The position numbers were made by a program, and so were the translations under genes. The notes below the pieces were generated by a model that saw only the letters and a list, made by a program, of their open reading frames with translations, was not told where the DNA came from and did not search any database. From positions 359,762 to 423,761 of the forward strand of contig OY970123.1 of assembly GCA_963705905.1 (NCBI GenBank): DNA of 64,000 nt, read 5' to 3'. The stretch is from an uncultured Chloroflexia bacterium (GTDB taxonomy: Bacteria > Chloroflexota > Dehalococcoidia > GIF9 > UBA5629). Positions 57,743 to 64,000 of this stretch are shown here, one piece after another; within the stretch, counting starts at the first letter, position 1; the number at the start of each line of letters is the position of its first letter.

Positions 57743-58072
57743 TTTCGGACGGGTCTTTAGACCCGTCCCTACAACTCAACGTCTCTTAGTTCCTTCGAAG
57801 GGAAGGATTGCCACGTCGCCCTGCGGGGCTCCTCGCAATGACGTGTTTCTCACTGCTTCCTTCGTACGAAGGATTGACACGGCACTGCGTGCCTCGCCAT
57901 GACGTATTATACACGCGGGCGCACCTGAAGGTACGCCCCTACATAAAAGGGATTTCCTTCGAAGGGAAGGATTGCCACGTCGCCCTGCGGGGCTCCTCGC
58001 AATGACGTGTCAATTTTGCTCCTTCGAAGGGAAGGATTGCCACGCCCCGATTGCATCGGGGCTCGCAATGAC
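57743..58072. repeat. Repeat cluster 7 inside the leuD-icd spacer
   Basis: B 3' half at 57743-57773. A reverse copies at 57792-57842, 57859-57903, 57956-58006 and 58021-58072. Short B' hairpin reverse at 57917-57943. Positions 57790-57846 and 57954-58010 are identical. Confidence 0.9.
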
Positions 58073-58076
58073 GTTT

Positions 58077-58583
58077 CTACCACTTGAAGTCACCATACTT
58101 ATTGATATAGGGGACCAGGCCGCCTTCGTTGAGGATGTTGAGCATGGCGGGAGGTATCCTGGTGAAGGTGTATTTCTCGTTCTTAGTGACGTTGTTGACG
58201 ATGCCCTCTTCCAGGTCGACTTCGAGCGTGTCGCCGTCATTGATCTTATCGGTGTCGCAGATGAGGATGGGCAGGCCCTGGTTGATGGCGTTGCGGAAGA
58301 AGATGCGGGCGAAGGATTTGGCCAGCACGGCGCTGACGCCGGCCATCTTGATGACCAGCGGGGCATGCTCGCGGCTGGAGCCCAGCCCGAAATTGGATCC
58401 GCCCACAACGAAATCTCCCGGCTGGACCTTCGAGGCGAACCCTGGATTGGCGTCCTCCATAACGTGTTTGGCCAGCTCGGGCAGGTTGCTGCGCAGGTGG
58501 GCGTACTTGCCGGCGATGATGAGGTCGGTGGAGACGTCATCGCCGAACTTGAAGGCCCTGCCCTTTAAGTGCGTGTGCAGCAT
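58077..58583 (-). CDS. leuD: 3-isopropylmalate (or homoaconitate) dehydratase small subunit
   Basis: 168 aa with GSNFGLGSSREHAP typical of the aconitase swivel domain. Confidence 0.85.
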   Translation of the reverse strand: MLHTHLKGRAFKFGDDVSTDLIIAGKYAHLRSNLPELAKHVMEDANPGFASKVQPGDFVVGGSNFGLGSSREHAPLVIKMAGVSAVLAKSFARIFFRNAINQGLPILICDTDKINDGDTLEVDLEEGIVNNVTKNEKYTFTRIPPAMLNILNEGGLVPYINKYGDFKW

Positions 58584-59837
58584 TAAAGGACCTCTCTCGG
58601 ATCGGTGATCCTGCCGGTGATAGCGGAAGCCGCGGCGGTAGCGGTGGAAGCCAGGTAAATGAAGCTGTCAGGGTTGCCCATGCGGCCCTTGAAGTTACGG
58701 TTGGCGGTCGAGATGCAGACCTCGCCGTCGCCCAGTATGCCCTGGTGCAGGCCCAGGCAGGCGGCGCAGCCGGGAGGCAGTATCAGCCCGCCGGCTTCGA
58801 TGATGGCATTGGTGTAGCCCGACTTGTTGGCCTCCAGCATGATTTGCCGCGAGGCGGGACAGACCAGCAGGCGCACGCCCTCGTGCACCTTTTTGCCTTT
58901 GAGGATGGAGGCGGCCTCGGCCATATCCTCCAGGCGGCCGTTGGTGCAGGTGCCGATGAAGGCCTGGTTGATCTTGATATCCTTTAAATCTTTGACGGCG
59001 GCGGTGTTGTCCACCGTATGCGGCTTCGAGATGGTCGGCTCGAGCCTGGAGGCGTCGATATCGATAACACGCTCGTAAACGGCGTCGGCATCGGGCTGAA
59101 AGGGCTTGAATTTATCCGCCCGGCCCTGTGATTTGAGAAAGGCCTGCGTTATCTTGTCCGAGGGGAAGATGCCGGCTTTGGCCCCGGCCTCGACGGCCAT
59201 GTTGGCGATGGTCAGCCGCTGGTACATGGGCATTTTGTCGATGGTATCTCCGGAGAACTCCAGCGCACGTGTAGGTGGCGCCGTCGGCGCCGATAAGCCC
59301 GATCAAATGTAGTATGAGGTCCTTGGCGCCCACGCCCTTGCCGAACTTGCCGCTGACGTTGACCTTGAAGGTCTCGGGCACGCGCAGCCAGGTCTTGCCC
59401 AGCGACCAGGCCACGGCGATGTCGCTGGAACCCATGCCGGTGGCGAAGGCGCCCAGCGCCCCGGCGGTTACTGTATGGGAGTCGGCCCCCACAATGACGT
59501 CGCCGGGATTGGCCAGCTTCTCGGCTACGAGCTGGTGGCAGACCCCGCTGCCGGCGTCGAAGAGCAGGCAGCCGGTTTCGGAGGCGAACTGCCGCAGGAA
59601 AAGATGGTCGTTGGAGAGCGCACGGTTGGGGCTGGGGGCGGCATGGTCGATGAAGACCGCCGACCTGGAGGGATTAGCCAGCGTCTGCTTCTTGCCCGCC
59701 TTGAACTGGCGCACCGTGAGGGGTCCGGTGGTATCCTGTACGAAGACCAGGTCCACCGGCGAGATGACGATGTCGCCGGCTTTGGCGTCCGTCCCGGATT
59801 TGGCGCTGAGTATCTTTTCGCTTAAAGTTTTGCCCAT
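58583..59837 (-). pseudogene. leuC: 3-isopropylmalate dehydratase large subunit with one frameshift near 59270 (or assembly error)
   Basis: Track ORFs 59112..59837 and 58583..59233 are the two halves. The sequence GADGATY then reads RALEFSGDTIDKMPMYQRLTIANMAVEAGAK only after skipping one base (plus-strand T at ~59270). Confidence 0.85.
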
Positions 59838-59872
59838 AATAGATTCAATATTTTAGCACTTTTGTCGACAAC

Positions 59873-60163
59873 GTCATTGCGAGGCACGGAGTGCCGTGGC
59901 AATCCTTCGATTCGGAGACTTCAATGACCTGTTGAGAGATTTTAAATCCCTTCGTACAAAGGATTGCCACGTCGCCGGCGGGCTCCTCGCAATGACGTGT
60001 TAAGGGGGACTTGCCAGTTGGCCTCGAGTCTTCGTACAAAGGATTGCCACGTCGCCCCGATTACACCGGGGCTCCTCGCAATGACGTATTTACTACTCCC
60101 TTAGCACGTCATTGCGAGGCACGAAGTGCCGTGGCAATCCTTCGATTCGAAGACTGCAATGAC
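59873..60163. repeat. Repeat cluster 8 (divergent leuC / GIY-YIG spacer)
   Basis: Mini-composite forward at 59873-59928. A reverse at 59949-59996 and 60030-60085. Mini-composite forward at 60108-60163. Confidence 0.9.
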
Positions 60164-60200
60164 TTGTTGATGTATAGCGCCCCCAATGACATAATAAAAC

Positions 60201-60491
60201 GTGGTGAAAGAGCAGTTCTACATATACATAATTTGCAACAAGAATAACAGTTCATTGTATACAGGTGTCACCAGCGACCTGGTAAAACGTGTTTCGGAAC
60301 ACAGGGCCAAGTCGGCGGATGGGTTCACCCAACGATATAACCTGGAAAAGCTCGTTTACTATGAGATAGCAGGTAATGCCGAAGCGGCTATTCTGCGGGA
60401 GAAACAGCTTAAAGCAGGTCCCCGCAAGAAGAAAATCGAATTGATCGAAGGCACGAACCCGCTTTGGAGGGACCTGTACGCTGAGCTTTGA
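60201..60491 (+). CDS. GIY-YIG nuclease family protein (small, UPF0213-like)
   Basis: 96 aa with a GTG start. FYIYIICNKNNSSLYTGVTSDLVKRVSEH (GIY...YTG) and an R..E..LK region. Confidence 0.8.
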   Translation: MVKEQFYIYIICNKNNSSLYTGVTSDLVKRVSEHRAKSADGFTQRYNLEKLVYYEIAGNAEAAILREKQLKAGPRKKKIELIEGTNPLWRDLYAEL

Positions 60492-60860
60492 GCCTTCGTA
60501 CAAAGGATTGCCACGTCGCCCTGCGGGCTCCTCGCAATGACGTGTGAAGGGGGACCAGTCAGTCGGCTTTGAGCCTTCGTACAAAGGATTGCCACGTCGC
60601 CTGCGGCTCCTCGCAATGACGTGTCGAGGGAGTTGGCAACCAGGTCATTGCGAGGCCCCGATTTCGGTCGGGGCCGTGGCAATCCTTCGATTCGGAGGTA
60701 TCGATCCCTTCGTGTAAAAGATGCTTCGCTACGCTCGCGATGACGTGTGAAGGTGCCCTACTAATCGGCTTGGAGTCTTCGTACAAAGGATTGCCACGTC
60801 GCCCTGCGGGCTCCTCGCAATGACGTGTTACTCCTTCGATTCGGAGGCTACAATAACGTG
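60485..60860. repeat. Repeat cluster 9
   Basis: A reverse at 60493-60541 and 60574-60620. A forward at 60644-60685. Degenerate A reverse at 60707-60744. A reverse at 60777-60824. Degenerate remnant at 60831-60860. The extended unit GCTTTGAGCCTTCG (60485.. and 60566..) includes the GIY-YIG stop codon. Confidence 0.9.
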
Positions 60861-60918
60861 TTTCCATAGGCAGCATGGTAAAATACATTCGTATTGGAAC
60901 GGATAGGATGGCGTTTAA

Positions 60919-61764
60919 ATGGCAGAAGCAAGAGAAGAAAACTACCTGGGCGTAACAAGCATAGGGAAGACTGTATTCCAGTGGGGGACGCGCACATACG
61001 TGATGGGTATCATCAACCTGTCGCCGGACTCGTTCTCGGGCGACGGGTTCAGGGATACGGAGGATGCCATACTCAAGGCGCAGCAGATGGTCCAGGACGG
61101 CGCAGATATAATTGACGTGGGTGGGGAATCGACGCGGCCGGGCGCCGACCCGGTGACGGTGGAGGAAGAGCTGGGCCGGGTGCTGCCCTTTATACGCAGG
61201 GCGGCCGGGATTTTGAACGTGCCGGTCAGCATCGATGCCTACAAGGTGGAAGTGGCAGTGCGGGCGCTGGATGCCGGGGCCGCCATGATAAATGACATAT
61301 CAGGACTTAAGGAGACGGAGCTGGTGCAACTGGCCGCCCAGCGCAAAGTCCCCATTATCCTAACCAGCAATGAACGCGGCAAAAACGTAAAAGAAATTGT
61401 CTCAGCAGTCGATACAACTTTACATAAACTCATTGATGCAGCACTTAAAGCAGGGGTGGAACGGGAGAACATCATCGTCGACCCGGGCATCGGGTTCGGC
61501 AAGACGCAGGAGCAGAACCTGGAGCTGTTAAGGAGGCTGGACGAGTTGAAGGCTACATGCCGTCCCATTTTGCTTGGGACATCCCGCAAATCGGTTATAT
61601 ATAATGTAGTAGGGGAAGATATGGAGGCCAGGATGATAGGGACGGCGGCCTCGGTCGCCATTGGCATCAGCAAGGGCGCCGATATCGTAAGGGTACACGA
61701 CGTGAAGCAGATGAAATTGATCGCTAAGATGAGCGATGCCATCGTACGGGGGGCAGTGAAGTGA
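60919..61764 (+). CDS. folP: Dihydropteroate synthase
   Basis: 281 aa with GADIIDVGGESTRPG and the pterin-binding domain pattern. Confidence 0.9.
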   Translation: MAEAREENYLGVTSIGKTVFQWGTRTYVMGIINLSPDSFSGDGFRDTEDAILKAQQMVQDGADIIDVGGESTRPGADPVTVEEELGRVLPFIRRAAGILNVPVSIDAYKVEVAVRALDAGAAMINDISGLKETELVQLAAQRKVPIILTSNERGKNVKEIVSAVDTTLHKLIDAALKAGVERENIIVDPGIGFGKTQEQNLELLRRLDELKATCRPILLGTSRKSVIYNVVGEDMEARMIGTAASVAIGISKGADIVRVHDVKQMKLIAKMSDAIVRGAVK

Positions 61765-62267
61765 CGGAAGTCTATATCGGCATCGGGTCCAACCTGGACG
61801 ACAGGATAGCCAATATTTCCAGGGCCGTGGCGCTCTTATCCAGCTACGGCAATATCGAGTCGATGTCGTCGGTCTACGAGACCGAGCCGGAGGGGCTTAA
61901 GGGCCAGCCGGACTTTTTAAACTGCGTGATCAAGGCGCAGGTCGAGATGGACCCCGACCGGCTGCTGGCGGTCCTGAAGAAGATCGAGAAGGAGATGGGC
62001 AGGAAGCGAGGCAAGCGCAACGGCCCGCGCCTGATCGACCTGGACATGCTGTTCTATAATAGCCGTGTGATAGATACCCCGGACTTAAAAGTGCCGCACC
62101 CGCGACTGCCATCGAGGGCATTCGTTTTGGTGCCCATGGTGGAGATCGCACGCGGCTTTATACACCCCGCGTTGCATAAGTCCATGCTACAGCTATTGAC
62201 AGAGCTGGAGTCCGCCGGCAGGGTCGACAAACGCCAGGACCTGAAAATAGGCATAAAGGGAAGCTGA
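61761..62267 (+). CDS. folK: 2-amino-4-hydroxy-6-hydroxymethyldihydropteridine pyrophosphokinase
   Basis: 168 aa. VYIGIGSNL.., RLIDLDML and PHPR motifs. GTG start with a 4-nt overlap on folP. Confidence 0.9.
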   Translation: MTEVYIGIGSNLDDRIANISRAVALLSSYGNIESMSSVYETEPEGLKGQPDFLNCVIKAQVEMDPDRLLAVLKKIEKEMGRKRGKRNGPRLIDLDMLFYNSRVIDTPDLKVPHPRLPSRAFVLVPMVEIARGFIHPALHKSMLQLLTELESAGRVDKRQDLKIGIKGS

Positions 62268-62268
62268 T

Positions 62269-62637
62269 ATGTATTTATTGTCGGTGGAGAAGAGTTTCGA
62301 CGCAGCCCATTACCTGAGGGGATATAAGGGTAAATGCGAAAAGTTGCACGGCCACAGGTTTAAGGTGGTGGTGCGCCTGAAGGCGGAGGAGTTGAACGGC
62401 ATCGGCCTGGCTTACGACTTTACGGACCTGAAAAAAGACCTGGTGGATATACTGGCTAAATACGACCACGGCTGCCTGAACGACGTCGAGCCCTTCGACA
62501 AGATAAATCCGTCTTCGGAAAATATCGCCCGCACGGTGTACGAACGGCTCAGCCCGCTTTACTCAGGGGCCGTCGGCATAGAAAGTATCGAGGTCTGGGA
62601 ATCGCCGGAGTCCTGCGCCGTCTATAAACCGGGCTGA
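62269..62637 (+). CDS. queD: 6-carboxytetrahydropterin synthase / PTPS family protein
   Basis: 122 aa with FDAAHYL and CEKLHGH motifs. Confidence 0.85.
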   Translation: MYLLSVEKSFDAAHYLRGYKGKCEKLHGHRFKVVVRLKAEELNGIGLAYDFTDLKKDLVDILAKYDHGCLNDVEPFDKINPSSENIARTVYERLSPLYSGAVGIESIEVWESPESCAVYKPG

Positions 62638-62825
62638 CGGCTTGAGTCCTGAATATCGGGCGGCAGCAGGTTGGGTATGCCGTCCTTGATGGGGTACGTG
62701 TGGTCGCATTTATGGCAAATGAGCGAGCCTGCCGTTATCTCGCGTTCGTTGAGTTCCGTGACTACCAGCTCCAGGGGACCCTTGCACACGGGGCACACGA
62801 TTATCTCCATAATGGACTCTTTCAT
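62622..62825 (-). CDS. Trm112-like zinc-ribbon protein (UPF0434)
   Basis: 67 aa, IVCPVCKGPL...CHKCDHTYPIKDGIPNLL. Its 3' end overlaps the queD 3' end by 16 nt. Confidence 0.8.
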   Translation of the reverse strand: MKESIMEIIVCPVCKGPLELVVTELNEREITAGSLICHKCDHTYPIKDGIPNLLPPDIQDSSRQPGL

Positions 62826-62855
62826 ATCATCTCATCCTGTTAGTAATTTGGGCCG

Positions 62856-63518
62856 TCAGCTTGAACTCTTCGGCATGAAAAGGCTTTGCCAGACGGATAT
62901 TCTAACATTTTGCGTGACGGTCCGCTCCTTGCGTACCTGCGTGGCGACATCCCTGTACTTGGTCACCTCCCTGGTCTTGGTGACCGGCTGGTACTTAGTG
63001 ACCTGCGCCGGGTAGCTGGTGGTCACCGTGGCCCACGTCTGGCCCGAAGTATAGGCGGGGTAGGCGGCCCAGCCGCCGTTATACCAGGGGCCATATGGCG
63101 ACCACGGTCCGTAGGATGGCCCATAGGGAGGGGTGTAGGGCTCGGATGAGCTGTAGTTATCGCCGATTACATAACTCTGGGGCGGATAGTAAGAGCCGCT
63201 TGCTGCGTTGGTAATGTTGATCGTGACGGTGGTGCCGGGGTTATCGACCTTGAAGCTCTGCGACCAGCTGCCGTAGGTGACGGCCTGGCTGATAACGATG
63301 TCGCTCTGCGTCTCGGTGGTCTGATAGGGGACCATGTCCGTATAGGTCTCATTATCGGTATAGGGCTGAAGCGTGGTATCGGTCTCCCAGTAGCTCTCCT
63401 GGACCGGCATGGCTACCGACACGATGGGAAGGGACAGGACTACGATGATGACGACTACAGGAATGCCGACAGCCAGAATAATCGTCCGATATTTTAAAAA
63501 GAATTCCTTAAAACTCAT
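62856..63518 (-). CDS. Membrane-anchored Tyr/Pro/Trp/Gly-rich protein, unknown function
   Basis: 220 aa. N-terminal TM (IILAVGIPVVVIIVVLSLPIV), an aromatic-rich segment PYTPPYGPSYGPWSPYGPWYNGGW, and C-terminal VTKY-type short repeats. Confidence 0.6.
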   Translation of the reverse strand: MSFKEFFLKYRTIILAVGIPVVVIIVVLSLPIVSVAMPVQESYWETDTTLQPYTDNETYTDMVPYQTTETQSDIVISQAVTYGSWSQSFKVDNPGTTVTINITNAASGSYYPPQSYVIGDNYSSSEPYTPPYGPSYGPWSPYGPWYNGGWAAYPAYTSGQTWATVTTSYPAQVTKYQPVTKTREVTKYRDVATQVRKERTVTQNVRISVWQSLFMPKSSS

Positions 63519-63590
63519 TTCCCGCCTCCTGACTCAGAATAACCGCGTGTTAGATTTAGTTTAGCCAATAAGGTTAAGGGGGGCAAACGT

Positions 63591-63859
63591 CTTCGAAGCG
63601 AAGGATTGCCACGACCCGATTGCATCGGGTCTCGCAATGACCGATTTACGTGCCTGTAAGAACCTGCAAATAGTCACGTCATTGCGAGCGAAGCGAAGCA
63701 ATCTTTTGTACGGAGGTTTCAGTCTTCGAATCAAAGGATTGCCACGACCCGATTGCATCGGGTCTCGCAATGACGTGTTTACAGGATGGGTGCACGGCGG
63801 CAACTTAACAGGTCATTGCGAGGAGCTGAAGGCGACGTGGCAATCCTTATAATCGAAGG
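63591..63859. repeat. Repeat cluster 10
   Basis: A reverse at 63591-63641. A2 forward at 63678-63703 (tail to 63716). A reverse at 63724-63774. A forward at 63812-63846 (tail to 63859). Confidence 0.9.
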
Positions 63860-63867
63860 CGCGGAGT

Positions 63868-64000
63868 CTAACGATCTTTAAATGCGGATTCCTTGTTTTT
63901 GAAGAGGGGCGAGATGGCCTTGAACTCCGGGGTGCCTGCCTTTTGCAGCAGTTGGAAGGCAACCGTTTCGGTGGTGGTGACCACGGCGCCGGCGTCCCGC
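63868..64000 (-). CDS. C-terminal fragment of a gene entering from beyond the window end (possibly isochorismatase-family hydrolase)
   Basis: My minus-strand translation reads ..RDAGAVVTTTETVAFQLLQKAGTPEFKAISPLFKNKESAFKDR* with the stop at 63870-63868. The family guess rests only on the C-terminal pattern. Confidence 0.3.
   Translation of the reverse strand, partial: RDAGAVVTTTETVAFQLLQKAGTPEFKAISPLFKNKESAFKDR

Noticed and set aside
48516-63859. Could the repeat clusters be CRISPR arrays (or another guide-RNA array)?
   Set aside because: Units occur in both orientations within a cluster and the spacing is irregular (about 10 to 130 nt). 'Spacers' are often other repeat families. Clusters are split over ten gene-separated gaps. 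No cas or other effector gene is present in the window.
1-64000. Prophage, integrative element, IS or genomic island carrying a defence system.
   Set aside because: I recognised no integrase, transposase, recombinase, phage structural, toxin-antitoxin, CBASS, retron, Argonaute or reverse-transcriptase-like ORF. The only defence-related sequence is the truncated R-M remnant at 55616-56335.

Overview
This is a 64-kb chromosomal window from a moderately GC-rich bacterium. The gene content suggests a monoderm Chloroflexota/Dehalococcoidia-like organism, by inference only: an mraZ-rsmH-ftsA-ftsZ cluster with no murein genes, an 11-subunit nuoABCDHIJKLMN operon without nuoEFG, a secretin-less type IV pilus cluster, and a class II RNR. 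The first ~48 kb holds compact housekeeping operons: a partial BNR-like exoprotein; a zinc-ribbon protein plus a 13-gene type IV pilus locus (pilB, pilC, pseudopilins, pilM/N fusion, pilT, pilA, Wzy_C-TPR protein, pilD); nrdR-nrdJ-(GAF-HPRT fusion); ftsZ/ftsA/rsmH/mraZ; trmD-rplS-priA-def; a P/Q/M/G-rich membrane protein; leuS; an acyl-CoA dehydrogenase; yggS-proC; coaD-rsmD; and the nuo operon. The last ~16 kb (48.3-63.9 kb) holds single metabolic genes and short operons: an OYE/2,4-dienoyl-CoA-reductase-like flavoprotein, an Fe-S protein, an AhpD-like protein, nadK, GNAT, NUDIX, a restriction-enzyme remnant, an icd-like gene with leuD and leuC, a GIY-YIG gene, folP-folK-queD, and trm112-like. 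Every intergenic gap in that part is packed with at least four families of short, structured, mutually mosaic repeats (about 30 full copies of the main family). None of these repeats occurs in the intergenic gaps of the first 48 kb. I saw no rRNA, tRNA, CRISPR/cas, transposase, integrase or phage genes, and I cannot point to a convincing multi-gene novel defence or mobile system. The most unusual items are listed here. (1) The repeat families, whose inner stems covary, and the GIY-YIG gene embedded in the densest block. (2) A GAF + PD-(D/E)xK-like + HPRT fusion in the nrd operon. (3) A promoter-to-terminator ~120-nt candidate small RNA. (4) Six single-nucleotide frameshifts confined to nuoL, nuoM and leuC. 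(5) A DUF2007-like ORF translationally coupled inside the nuo operon. (6) A duplicated-domain zinc-ribbon protein heading the pilus locus. All family assignments come from motif recognition by eye; no database search was run.
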